Positions 17,363 through 29,600 of a stretch of DNA of 64,000 bases are shown piece after piece. The translations under genes were made by a program, and so were the position numbers. This DNA comes from a virus. Its lineage: Duplodnaviria > Heunggongvirae > Uroviricota > Caudoviricetes. The notes beneath the pieces were generated by a model that did not search any database, was not told where the DNA came from, and saw nothing but the letters and a program-made list of their open reading frames with translations. The DNA lies in the IMG/VR virus record IMGVR_UViG_3300008107_000002. One strand, given 5' to 3'. How positions within the stretch are numbered: position 1 is the first letter of the stretch; every line of letters begins with the position of its first letter.

Positions 17363-19672
17363 ATGACAATTAATAAAAGAACTGGTTTTAAATTACCACA
17401 TCCTGGACCTTATATAGGACGGGTTACAAATCATATTGATCCTACATACATGGGAGATCTAGAAGTTGTACTTGAATTAGGAGCATGGGCTACTACAGAA
17501 CTTAAATCAAAAAGTATTACAGTACGTTATCTTAATCCTTTTTACGGTGCAACTTCTGCACAGTTTGAAGGTAACAACCCTTCTAATTTTAATGATGTTC
17601 AGAAGTCTTACGGAATGTGGTTTATTCCTCCTGATATTGGTTGTAGGGTAATGTGTACATTTGTTGAAAGCGATTCAAATCAAGGTTATTGGTTTGGTAG
17701 CGTCCAAGATAGATTTCAAAATCATATGGTTCCTGGTATTGCTACTCCATCAACACCTGCTGAAATTGCTTGGGGCCCGGGAGAAAAAGAAAAATATGAC
17801 GGCGTTCCTACTCCTGTTGCAGAATTTTTAACAAGAAATTTTGACGGTGCGTTTAATCCCAATGGTATCCCAAAACCTGTACATCCTTTTGCCGAACGTT
17901 TATTAAGACAGGGCCTACTTGCAGACACTAACCGTGGCGCAACATCTAGCACTGCTAGGAGAGAAATTCCTAGCAGAGTTTTTGGAATAAGCACTCCGGG
18001 ACCAGTTGATTTAACCGGCCCACGCCGAACTATTAGTTCAGGATCATTAAGCAATGAAAGGTATACAATTCCTGTAAGCAGACGTTCAGGTCATACTTTT
18101 GTAATGGATGATGGCGATATTTTAGGAAACAACCAATTGGTTAGATTACGATCTTCGTCGGGGCATCAAATTTTATTGAATGATTCAATTGGAGTTGTAT
18201 ATATTGCTAATGCTGAAGGCTCGGCGTGGCTTGAAATGACCGCGTCTGGAAAGATAGATATCTATGCACAGGACTCAGTAAGTATCCATAGTGAAGGTGA
18301 TTTTAATTTTAAAGCAGATAGAAATATTAATCTCGAAGCAGGCCAAAATATTTGTATGAAATCGGCCGCAGATACCATCATTAACTCTGATGCTAATTTT
18401 CATTTACTTACAAGCGGTGATGTAAGAGTAAGAGCAGAAGGTGATTTAGAAATGTTATCTATCCATGCTTTAAATCTTACATCTGCTAAAACTATGAATT
18501 TTAGGTCTTACGAAAAACTCAACCTTATGTCGTCTGGAGGAGATTTAAGCCTTATTGCAGTCGGTGGTGATGTTAAAGCAGGACCAAAAGTACGACTTAA
18601 AGTAGTCGGCGATCAAGCCGCAACTGCAACAAAGGCGTCAGGCTCTACTACCAAACTTAATACAGTTCCGGTTCCAAAGACTAGTGTTAGTGCAGGATGG
18701 CCTGCAAGATATCAGGACGGAACACTTGATAGTATTATGTCTCGGGTACCTATGCACGAGCCTTGGGCGGCACATGATTCATATAATCCTGGTGCTAATG
18801 CATCGTTTATAACATCTGATGGAACGGTGAATCCGCCAGCCTCTGGAGATTCACCGGTTTCTTCGGCACCTGTAGTAATGACATATTTTACAGATGCATG
18901 GTTTGAGTTTGACAAAGCAGTTTTATTACCAGCAGGTGAAGCGGCACTTAAAGCCTTTGCTGATAAAATTAAAGCATCTTCTGGCCCGCACACTATTACA
19001 GTAATAGGTCACACTGACAGTAAAGGTACTCCAAGTTATAATCTAGACCTGTCTCAAAGGAGAGCTGGCTCAGCAAAAACTTTCTTGGTATCACAGGGGC
19101 TCGATTCGAGTTCAATTATTACTAGGGGCAAAGGTGCAACAGAACCAGTTGCCGCAAATGAAATAAACGGTAAAGATAATCCCGAAGGCAGAGCAAAAAA
19201 TAGAAGAGTTGAAATTAAAGTTGTAGGAAGTTTTGCAGATGTCCCAACATCTACGTCAGATGAAGGATTAACATTTACTGCTAGAACAGGCGATAAGGCA
19301 CACTTTGAACAATTATCTACGCCAATGAAAAATGCCATGCGAGCAATGGCTAACGAATATAAAATAAAAACAAACAAATCTATTATTATTAGCAGTTCAT
19401 ATCGATCAAGCGCCGAAGAAACGGATTTATATAATAGATGGTTAGCGGCCGGCGGCCGGCCAAAAGGAGCACTAGGCCCGGGCGATCCTGGAGTACCAAA
19501 AGCTGGCGGAATTACAACTCCAGTAAAACCGGGAGGAGTAAGTCCTCATACAAAGGGCATTGCAGTAGACACTCCCCAAGCTTCTACACTACAGTCGTTG
19601 GGACTATTGGCAAAATACGGTCTACGCATTCCGTATCCATGGGACCCAGATCATATACAATTAGGTCAATAA
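17363..19672 (+). CDS. gp5: Baseplate spike (gp5/VgrG-like) with C-terminal OmpA-like and M15 peptidase domains
   Basis: N-terminal OB fold (PPDIG..V) and GHTFVMDD/GHQILLND beta-helix; FEFDK...GHTDS...LSQRRA...NRRVEI (OmpA); SSYRS...HTKGIAVD...DHIQ (M15). Confidence 0.85.
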   Translation: MTINKRTGFKLPHPGPYIGRVTNHIDPTYMGDLEVVLELGAWATTELKSKSITVRYLNPFYGATSAQFEGNNPSNFNDVQKSYGMWFIPPDIGCRVMCTFVESDSNQGYWFGSVQDRFQNHMVPGIATPSTPAEIAWGPGEKEKYDGVPTPVAEFLTRNFDGAFNPNGIPKPVHPFAERLLRQGLLADTNRGATSSTARREIPSRVFGISTPGPVDLTGPRRTISSGSLSNERYTIPVSRRSGHTFVMDDGDILGNNQLVRLRSSSGHQILLNDSIGVVYIANAEGSAWLEMTASGKIDIYAQDSVSIHSEGDFNFKADRNINLEAGQNICMKSAADTIINSDANFHLLTSGDVRVRAEGDLEMLSIHALNLTSAKTMNFRSYEKLNLMSSGGDLSLIAVGGDVKAGPKVRLKVVGDQAATATKASGSTTKLNTVPVPKTSVSAGWPARYQDGTLDSIMSRVPMHEPWAAHDSYNPGANASFITSDGTVNPPASGDSPVSSAPVVMTYFTDAWFEFDKAVLLPAGEAALKAFADKIKASSGPHTITVIGHTDSKGTPSYNLDLSQRRAGSAKTFLVSQGLDSSSIITRGKGATEPVAANEINGKDNPEGRAKNRRVEIKVVGSFADVPTSTSDEGLTFTARTGDKAHFEQLSTPMKNAMRAMANEYKIKTNKSIIISSSYRSSAEETDLYNRWLAAGGRPKGALGPGDPGVPKAGGITTPVKPGGVSPHTKGIAVDTPQASTLQSLGLLAKYGLRIPYPWDPDHIQLGQ

Positions 19673-19675
19673 ATA
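19670..19675 (+). promoter_or_regulatory. Late promoter core TAAATA
   Basis: AATAAATACACT-ATG before gp25. Confidence 0.6.
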
Positions 19676-19679
19676 CACT

Positions 19680-20114
19680 ATGTCATACAAGAATCTTGTT
19701 ATTAAACCTCCAAAATATACCAACAACGACGGAGTAAAAGAAAGTCAATTTTATAAAGGCTTTAGTACGGTTAATGATACCGCATCGGTATCTCTTTTTG
19801 ACTATGAATTAATAAGACAAGATTTAATTAATCGCCTTTCAACAGCTAGGGGCGAGCGTGTAATGAATCCCAATTTTGGTACAATTATTTGGCATCTAAT
19901 TTACGACCCCCTTACTGATCAGTTAAGGGATGAAATCAAAGACGATCTTGTTTCTGTAATTACAAGCGACCCTAGAATAAGTCCGGTAAAACTAGAACTA
20001 GTTGATAAAGATTACGGCATACTTGTTGAGATTACTCTAGCAGTTCTTTCTACTAATCAAATTGAAAAAATGAGTTTAACATTTGATAGAGAACTAGGTT
20101 TAATAGCACAATAA
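19680..20114 (+). CDS. gp25: Baseplate wedge subunit (T4 gp25 family)
   Basis: IRQDLINRLSTARGERVMNPNFGT...DPRI motif. Confidence 0.9.
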   Translation: MSYKNLVIKPPKYTNNDGVKESQFYKGFSTVNDTASVSLFDYELIRQDLINRLSTARGERVMNPNFGTIIWHLIYDPLTDQLRDEIKDDLVSVITSDPRISPVKLELVDKDYGILVEITLAVLSTNQIEKMSLTFDRELGLIAQ

Positions 20115-20132
20115 AAACCCAATATTTTTAAT

Positions 20133-20142
20133 TAAATAAATA
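20133..20142 (+). promoter_or_regulatory. Tandem late promoter cores TAAATAAATA
   Basis: Upstream of the gp6-like gene. Confidence 0.55.
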
Positions 20143-20165
20143 TTGGTATCGGAAAAACAAATTAT

Positions 20166-23100
20166 ATGATACCATCAACAACTAATCAGCTTCTTGTAGC
20201 CGAAGATTGGAAAAAAATATACCAATCTTATAAAAACGCAGACTTTAAAAGCTACGATTTCGAAACGCTTCGTAGGACAATGATATCGTACCTGCGAGAA
20301 AATTACCCAGAAGATTTTAATGATTACATCGATTCTAGCGAGTATATTGCTCTAATTGATCTTATTGCGTTTCTAGGACAGAATTTAAGTTTTCGTGTAG
20401 ATTTAAATGCTCGTGAAAATTTTTTAGAAACTGCAGAACGACGTGAAAGTGTTTTACGATTAGCAAGATTAATTAATTATAATGCTAAAAGAAATTATCC
20501 TGCAACAGGATTATTAAAGATTGTGTCAATTCAGGGCACTGACAATGTATTCGACAGTAGCGGTCTTAATTTGTCCAACGTACCGATATCATGGAACGAC
20601 CCAACTAATCCAAATTGGTTTGAACAGTTTATAACTATTCTTAATTCGGCAATGCCTTCGACTATGAGTTTTGGAAAACCTGCTGCCAAGGCAACAGTTG
20701 ATGGTATATCTACAGAAAAATATACCATTTCTAGTAATAATGATAGTGTTGCTGTATTTTCTTTTAATAAAAGTATTAACGGAAGCAATTTTACATTTGA
20801 AATTGTATCATCTAGTTTTGATACCACAATTTACGAAGATGTTCCAAAGCCAAGAAGCCCTTTTGGAATTTTATATAGGAACGATAACAAAGGAACCAAC
20901 TCAGCTAACTCTGGATTTTTTGTCCAGTTTAAGCAAGGTACGTTAAATGTTTCTGATTTTAATCTTGACAATCCTGTACCAAACGAAATTATAGGTATTG
21001 ATGCTCCTAATATTAACGAAACTGATGTTTGGCTATGGCAACTTAATCAAGACGGTACTTATCCTGCTAATCCTTGGAAGAAAGTTTCGTCAGTATCAGG
21101 AAACAATGTTATATACAACAGCTTGTCGACAGACGAAAGGAATTTATATTCAGTTATCACAAGAGAAGATGATCAAATTGATTTAAATTTTACTGACGGT
21201 AGTTTTGGAAATTTACCTAAAGGACAATTTAAACTGTGGTATAGACAAAGTACTGGTATTTCTTATTTGATTAAAGCATCGCAAATGCAGAATATTAGTT
21301 TTAGCATTCCTTACGTCAACAGTCAAGGCCAAGCACACACAATTTCTTTTATAGCATCGTTACAATACAATGTAGGAAATAGCTCACCGGCCGAAACTAA
21401 CGTACAAATTAAAACAAAAGCTCCTCAAGCATTTTATAGTCAAAATAGAATGGTAACAGCAGAAGATTATAATATTGTACCTCTTACAGTTGGTACGGAT
21501 ATATTAAAAGTTAAGACGGTTAATAGAATATCTAGTGGAGTTTCAAGATATTATGAACTTACTGATGTATCGGGAAAATATAGTAGTGTAAACATCTACG
21601 GTGATGACGGTATTCTTTATAAAGAAGTTAAAGAATATAATTTTGAATATAAAATTAGTACAAGAAATGAGATTAAATTTGCTATTAAAAATAATCTCGT
21701 ATCAGTGTTTAATTTAAAAGAGTTTCGAAATTTCTATTACGAATATTATCTCCGTCCTAATTTTGAAAATTATAGTGTAAACTGGACACAGGCTACAAAA
21801 AATACTAATCAAGTTACCGGTTATTTTAATTTAGATGGATTGCCTACTCCTGCAGGAGACTTTTCATCTAATAATCTTAAGTATGTAACTACGGGTGCTC
21901 TTGTAAAATTTATTGCCCCTAAAAAAATTAATCCGTTACTTACTAACGACTCTACTCTTTATCAACAATATTTTTTACCGAACGGTAAACTTACATTTAC
22001 GTCAGACGGTACAACAAGTTTATACAAATGGGCAAAAGTAATTTCTATTGTAGGCGACGGATATAATGAAGGTAAAGGTACACTGCTTAACGGTAGTGGT
22101 CCTGTTACATTGAGCACATCTCTTCCTACTGGAGCTATTCCAGTTGAAGTTATTACTAAATTTATTAATATTCCTTCAGAAGCATTACAAGCTCAATTAG
22201 TCAACATAAGTTTAACAAAAAGAAATTTTGGCATAAGTTTGGACCAAGATACAAAATCTTGGTATATTGTTTCAGATTCTAACATTGATCTTACATCTCC
22301 TTTTAGTTTAATAAATCAAAAGGATACTACTGATACAAATAAAGACGCAAGTTGGATGGTATCTTTTGTATGGACAGGAATAAACTATAAAGTTACATAT
22401 AGGGTAATTGAATATATATTTGAAAGTCTTAATAATACTTCTTTCTTTGTCGATAATCAAAAAATAAATTATGATTATATTAATGATACTATAATAAAAG
22501 ATAGTATTACAGTGTTAGGTATCAATCGATCACCACTAGTATCAACTGGAGAAAGTTTAAAAGTTGATCAACCTTGGCAAGTTGATGCACCAGTAATAGA
22601 ACTTGACGGATATCAAGAGCCTAGGAAAGTAAAAATAAGTTTTTATGACATTGACGAGGACGGCCAAATTGATAATCCTGACTCATTTGTAGACATTGTT
22701 AATCCCGATTATTTTGATTCTGTTACAGGATTTAAAAGTAATTTTGTATTTTTTAAATGGAATACTGGTAGGACTCGTTACACGGTAGCTGATCCTACAC
22801 AGTTTTTCTCTTGCCCCACTGAAAATGATGTTCCTCAATCAATGTTAACTGACGGACAGTTATTTTACTTCTATGACGATGCGGTTAATGTTATTAAAAT
22901 TTGGGACGAATCAATTTTAGATTACGTTTTACAGACAGATTATTTCGCAAGACCAGGACGGTCAGATCTTAAATTTCATTATATACACAAGGCATCTCAA
23001 GACAGAAGATTAGATCCTGGTAAAACAAATTTAATGGATATCTACTTACTGACTAAATCTTACGACACTGAATTTAGAAATTGGTTATATACTGGAGACG

Positions 23101-23609
23101 GTACAGAACCATATCCTCCAACAACTCAGGGATTAGACACTTCTTATTCGTTGTTATTAAATCCTCTTAAAAGTATTAGTGACGAATTAGTGTTCCAACC
23201 TGCAAAATACAAAATATTATTTGGTGATAAGGCACCCGCAGTACTCCAAGCAACTTTTAAGGCAACAAAAAATCCTGCTAGATCCAATAGCGACAATGAT
23301 CTTAAAACACGAATTCTTACAGCAATTGACCAGTTCTTTAGTATAGACAATTGGGATTTTGGTCAAACTTTCTTTTTTAGTGAATTGTCAACCTATGTAA
23401 TGAATATAATGACTCCGGACATTACTAATTTTATTATTGTTCCTAAACAAGAATATGCGTTTGGTAGTTTATATGAAATTAAATGCAAAAGTAATGAAAT
23501 TTTTGTATCCGGTGCAACCACCTTTAATATTGAAATTATTGATTCTATGACAACTTCACAACTAAAAGCAAGTGGTAACATTACAAATACCGTAAGGGGT
23601 CAACAATAA
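20166..23609 (+). CDS. gp6: Baseplate wedge subunit (T4 gp6 family)
   Basis: DFKSYDFETLR, ENFLETAERRESVLRLA and QNRMVTAEDY motifs; 1147 aa. Confidence 0.88.
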   Translation: MIPSTTNQLLVAEDWKKIYQSYKNADFKSYDFETLRRTMISYLRENYPEDFNDYIDSSEYIALIDLIAFLGQNLSFRVDLNARENFLETAERRESVLRLARLINYNAKRNYPATGLLKIVSIQGTDNVFDSSGLNLSNVPISWNDPTNPNWFEQFITILNSAMPSTMSFGKPAAKATVDGISTEKYTISSNNDSVAVFSFNKSINGSNFTFEIVSSSFDTTIYEDVPKPRSPFGILYRNDNKGTNSANSGFFVQFKQGTLNVSDFNLDNPVPNEIIGIDAPNINETDVWLWQLNQDGTYPANPWKKVSSVSGNNVIYNSLSTDERNLYSVITREDDQIDLNFTDGSFGNLPKGQFKLWYRQSTGISYLIKASQMQNISFSIPYVNSQGQAHTISFIASLQYNVGNSSPAETNVQIKTKAPQAFYSQNRMVTAEDYNIVPLTVGTDILKVKTVNRISSGVSRYYELTDVSGKYSSVNIYGDDGILYKEVKEYNFEYKISTRNEIKFAIKNNLVSVFNLKEFRNFYYEYYLRPNFENYSVNWTQATKNTNQVTGYFNLDGLPTPAGDFSSNNLKYVTTGALVKFIAPKKINPLLTNDSTLYQQYFLPNGKLTFTSDGTTSLYKWAKVISIVGDGYNEGKGTLLNGSGPVTLSTSLPTGAIPVEVITKFINIPSEALQAQLVNISLTKRNFGISLDQDTKSWYIVSDSNIDLTSPFSLINQKDTTDTNKDASWMVSFVWTGINYKVTYRVIEYIFESLNNTSFFVDNQKINYDYINDTIIKDSITVLGINRSPLVSTGESLKVDQPWQVDAPVIELDGYQEPRKVKISFYDIDEDGQIDNPDSFVDIVNPDYFDSVTGFKSNFVFFKWNTGRTRYTVADPTQFFSCPTENDVPQSMLTDGQLFYFYDDAVNVIKIWDESILDYVLQTDYFARPGRSDLKFHYIHKASQDRRLDPGKTNLMDIYLLTKSYDTEFRNWLYTGDGTEPYPPTTQGLDTSYSLLLNPLKSISDELVFQPAKYKILFGDKAPAVLQATFKATKNPARSNSDNDLKTRILTAIDQFFSIDNWDFGQTFFFSELSTYVMNIMTPDITNFIIVPKQEYAFGSLYEIKCKSNEIFVSGATTFNIEIIDSMTTSQLKASGNITNTVRGQQ

Positions 23610-26600
23610 TGGCTTCTAGAAAATCAGTTAATCTTTTACCGTCTTTTTTAAGAACAGAAAAAAATAATAAATTTTTATCAAGTACGCTTGACCAATTAAT
23701 ATCTCCGCCTGAAATTACAAGAATAGATGCATATGTAGGTAGCAAAGATACTCCTAGTTATCGAACTGGTGATGAATACCTGCAAGAGTCAAATCCATTG
23801 CGAGAAAAATATCAATTAGAACCAGCGTTGGTAGTAAGGACATTGACTCGTAGCATTAAAAAGGCATTTGCGCTTGACGATCTTTTAAATCAAGTAAAAG
23901 TTAATGGAATTGATTCTTCTAATATTGACAGAATTCTTAATCCTAAATTTTATTCTTATGATCCTAAAATTAATTGGGATAAGTTTGTTAACTTTCGAGA
24001 ATACTATTGGCTTCCATCTGGTCCTTCCGCAGTAGAAATTGCAGGAAGAACATTATCTCCAGTAACTGAATTTAATATTGTTGATGCAGACGATAAAATT
24101 CAATTCTTGTTTGATGCAAAGACAACTTCTCCTACTCTTACGTTGTATAGAGGCGCCACTTATGTTTTTAATGTTAAGTCGCAACATAATTTTTATATAA
24201 AATATACAAATAGTGTAGGTAGTAATGATTCTGTTCCTTTAACTAATAATGGAACTAAAGACGGTCAAATAATTTTTACTGTCGATTGGTCTGCTCCTGA
24301 ACGTTTATTTTATGTCAGTAACGATGACCAGCTATCAACTGGTAATATTTTTGTTAAAGACCCAATTGACAGCACTCTTATTGATATTGAAAATGAGATT
24401 GTTGGTAAAAAACACTATACCTCAGGTAACAATGTTACTTTTATTGATGGTCTTAAAGTTCGATTTTCGGGAACTGTTATACCTGAAACATACAAAGACA
24501 ACGAATATATTGTTGAAGGTGTAGGCAATGCAATAAAATTAATTAAATTTACTGATTTAGATACTCCTGATGTGACTGCCGATGCTTATAATTCTAGATT
24601 TGACGGCACAAACTTTGATCAGTTTCCGTTTGATAATTTTAAAAATATTCCGTTAGTACCTGAATATGTTACAATCAATCGTGCTAGCAAAGATCTTAAT
24701 CCTTGGTCTCGATACAATCGTTGGTTTCATTCGGACGTAATTAGAGAAGTTGCTAAAGCAAATAATCAATTAGTAATATATCCTGCCGAATATAGAGCAA
24801 CTAGACCTATTGTAGAATTTATTCCAGATTTGCAATTATATAAATTTGGTACTACTGCAATTCCTAACGTTGATTTAATTGATACTTTTACAACTAACAT
24901 CTTTAAAACAATTGAACAAGAAGACGGATACGATATTGATCAGATTACAGTAGAAGAAGGATTTAGAGTTGTTTTTAATGCAGATTCTGATCCTGCAATA
25001 CGCGGAAAAGTTTTTAAAGTTAACTTTGCTAGATTTGGCGATAGGTTTAAGATTAATTTAACACAAGAATCAGATATTCCTGTTGTTGGAACATCTGTTC
25101 TTATCAAGAAAGGTATTGAACACGGCGGTTCTTCTTGGTTTTATAACGGCATTACTTGGGTTAAAGGACAACAAAGAACAAAAAGGAATCAAGCTCCATT
25201 ATTTGATTTGTTTGACGAAAACGGAATAAGCTATAGTAGTAGTGAATATACTACTGATTTTAAAGGAAATGCGTTATTTGGATACGGAGTAGGCACCGGC
25301 CCCGTTGATCCTGTGTTAGGATTTCCGTTAGCTTATAGAAATACAGGTATTGAAGGCACTTATCTTTTTAAGAATTATTTTGCAATAGGATCTATTCAAT
25401 TAGTAAACGCAGATCAATCAGCTACAATTTCAACTGCTCAAACATATTTTAAAATTAATAGTGATAATGGCACAACAGTTTCTAATATATGGTTGTCGGT
25501 AGAACCTTACGAAATTCCAAACGTAAATGGAATATATGACACACCACTTAATTTAACAAATAATCCTTCTAATAAAAATATTACAGAATTTACATTAACT
25601 GAATTATCAGACCATGTACGCTCTATGGTATCTAGAGATCCAGAGTTTAAGGGAGATTTTCCTGGAGTAAGTAATCTTAAAGATTTACCATTTATTACTC
25701 GATTTGGTACAAAACTTATTACAAATATAAATCCGTTAAGTTTTGCCCAACATTTTATTACAGACAATGATAATTCTGTTATTAATGCAATGCGCCTTGT
25801 GGGAGAAAATTATCAGACTTTTAAATTTAATCTTATAAAAACAATCAGCGACTTAAATGATAATTTGTCCCCCATTGATGCACTAGATGAAGCATTAAGA
25901 ATTTTAAATCAAAACAAAACTACTACATTCCCATATTATAGTAGTGACATGGTTCCATATGGAGTAAGCCCAGTTATTCGAACTTATAGGATTACTGATT
26001 CTCGAAAGACAAAATATGCTCTTCCGCCCGATGCAAGTGTAACAATATTAAGTTCTAGGGGCCTGTTAGTATATCTTAATACAACACAATTGATAAGAGG
26101 TCGAGATTATAAATTTGATTCTTACGATGCTAACGTAGAAATTTTAGTTCCTATTGTCCGAGGAGACGTTATTACTATTAAGGATTATCCTACAACTGAT
26201 GGTAATTTTGTTCCTCCTACTCCTAGTAAATTAGGATTATACCCTGCATACGAGCCTGCTATCTTTGAAGATGATTCTTATATTAACGGACCTAAAACTG
26301 TTATTCAAGGTCATGATGGCAGTATTACGATTGCGTTTGGTGATTATCGAGACGAAATATTATTAGAATACGAAAAACGAGTTTACAATAACATTGGAAC
26401 AGAATACAGAGCTGACATTTTTGATATCACTGCAATTTTACCCGGCGTATTTAGAAATTCTAAATTTTCTTATAGAGAAGTAATTAATCCAGTTTTACAA
26501 GATTTCCTTAAATGGAAATCAACATTCGGAGTCGAAATAGAAAAAAATCTAACATTTGATGTTAACGAACCTAAAACCTATAATTACAGTTCAGTAAAAT

Positions 26601-29600
26601 TATCATCAGGCGATTATCTTCCTGGAAATTGGAGAGCAATATTCAAATTATATTTTGATACTGATCGTCCGCACATTGCTCCTTGGGAAATGTTAGGGTT
26701 CAGTGTTAAACCAGCATGGTGGGAATCCGAATATGGTCCTGCTCCATATACTTCTGGCAACACAAAATTGTGGGAAGATTTAAAATTAGGAAAAATTGCA
26801 CAAGGTACAAGGAAAGGGTTTGACCTTAACTATGCAAGACCGGACTTAATTAACATTTTGCCAGTTGACTCTTACGGTAATCCAATTCCAATTAGAAATT
26901 GGGGAATTTTAAACGCTAATAGTTCAGTTGATGGTATAACTAATAATTGGAAATTTGGGGACATGGGTCCTGCTGAAACTGCATGGAGGAGAAGTAGCTA
27001 TTGGCCTTTTGCTCTACAAATAATTTCTGCACTTACTAATCCGGCAACTTACACTGCTTTGATGTTTGACACAAGTAGAATAGTTAAAAATGCCGTAGAT
27101 AAATTGGTCTATAGCAATGACAACCTTCCTATCAATTCTTCTAAAGTTATACTTCCATATGAAACAATAAATGGACAAAAACAATTTGCAAGCGGTTATA
27201 GCGTTATTGTTATTGAAGCAGGGCTAATTAAAAATTCTAATTATATTAAAAATTTAAAATTAGAATTAACAAATGCTGAATTTAATCTTATGAATAAAGT
27301 TGGCGGATTTGTTAGTAAAGACAAATTAGAAGTTGTGATCGATTCTGTTAATCCTAACAGCATTAATCCTGGAATATTATTGCCTACAGAAGATTATTCT
27401 ATACATTTTAATGTAAGCAACCCTATCGATACAATTGAAATAAGCGGAGTTATTGTACAAAAAGTACAAGGCAATTATATTGTAAGAGGGTATGATAAGA
27501 CCAATTCATATTTTAAAATTAATGCCCCTATTCGACAACAAGTGGATCCATACATCACTGTGGGTGCTATTTCTGAAGATTATACCGTGTGGAGTCCAAA
27601 TACGTTTTACTCTATTGGTCAAGTAATTTTAAACGATAATGTCTTCTATAGGGTGTCTTCAAATCATAGTAGTGGTTTTATCTTTGATACCTTAAATTCT
27701 CAAAAGTTATCAACTTTGCCAACAATAGGCGGAATTACTGCACAACTATCAACAGGATTCGAAGATACTGAAACTACTATCCCATACGGAACATTGTATC
27801 AAACTCCGCAAGAAGTTGTAGATTTCTTATTAGGGTACAGTCGTTATCTTACAAATAAAGGATTTGTGTTTGATGAATATAGTAAAGAATTGGGCGAGCT
27901 ACTTGATTGGAAGTTAAGCATTAAAGAATTTTTATTTTGGACAACGCAGAACTGGAACGAAGCCAATATAATAACATTAAGTCCCTTTGCAAGCAAAATT
28001 AAATTAACAACAAAAAATGCAGTTGTTGATAATGTGTTTAATCCTTATTACGAATATTCAATATATAAGGCAAATGGAGCACCATTTCCGTACTCTGATA
28101 TATCGTTAAGTCGTGAAGACGGATTTTGTACAATTTCTACTGACAACGAACTAGAAGGTATTTTTTACGCTAAATTAAGATTAGTACAAAAAGAACACGC
28201 AATTATTCTTAATAATTTAAGTCGATTCAACGATGTAATATATGACACCGCAACAGGATATAGACAGCGTCGAATTCGTCTTATTGGATTTAGAACAGCA
28301 AATTGGAACGGAAATTTTGTTAGCCCTGGCTTTGTTTATGATGATGTTAAAATAACACCTTGGGGACCCTATACAGATTATACAGCAGGTGATGTTGTTG
28401 AATATGCAGGAAAATATTATAGTCTAATTAGATCGTTAGCAGGAGAAGAAACGTTTGATTTTTCTAAATGGTATAAGTTAGATAATAAACCGACAGCACA
28501 ACTAATTCCTAATTTTGAATACAAAATTAATCAGTTCGAAGATTTTTATAGTCTTGATATTGATAATTTTGATATAGGTCAACAACAATTAGCACAGCAC
28601 CTTATAGGTTATAGTTCTAGAGTTTATCTTGATAATATATTTTTAAATCCAATTGCACAATACAAATTCTTCCAAGGATTTATAAGAGAAAAAGGCACCC
28701 TTAATGCTTTAAAAAAATTAGAAAGAGCAAGTGTTCATAACTTACAGGGAAATATTGAATTTAACGAAGAATGGGCATTTAGAATAGGAACGTTTGGAGC
28801 ATTTGCGGCTCTTGATGAAATTGAATTTCCTCTCAACGAACTAGATTTTGTCGATAATTCTCAAATTGTTAAATTTGTTGAAAAAGCTCCTAACATATCT
28901 TACGATCCAACAAATTATATCACCCCAGATAAATTTACAATTAAAAACCCAGAAATTGATATTCTTAATCTCTTTGACACAGTACCGTCGTCGACAAATG
29001 AAGAATTGTTAGTATTACCTTATGCTGGTTATGCAACATTAGAAGATGTTGATTATACAGTAGTTTCAAAATCAGAACTTATATCGGGTCCTGTAAATTC
29101 TAACATTAAAGTTGGCGATACTGTTTGGGTAGGGTTTGACGATAACGAAGACTGGGGTATATATAGATATTCTAGATTACCTATTGCAGTTAAACAAGTT
29201 TATTCTTACCGAGACGGCGAACAAATAAGTTTTATAACAGATAAAAACCACGGGTTAAAAGTGGGCGATGTTGTTGCAGTTGTTCGATTTTCAGATACAT
29301 TAGATAGAACATATGTTATCTCTGAAATTAATAGATTAGACGAATTTGTAGTAGACTACACCGGCTCAATTCCTGATTTTGTAAGTCAATTTGGTTTATT
29401 GTTTAAGTTTGTATCATCTAGATTTGAAACATTTGACGATATTATCAATACAACATATCTTGCAGACTTTAGACAAGGTAAAAAAGTTTGGATTGATAAT
29501 AATATATCTGGTAATTGGGAAGTTTATGAAAAAACTAACAACTATTTTATAAGTAGACTTCCAAATGTAATTGATTATGATTATGCTAGATACGGACAAG

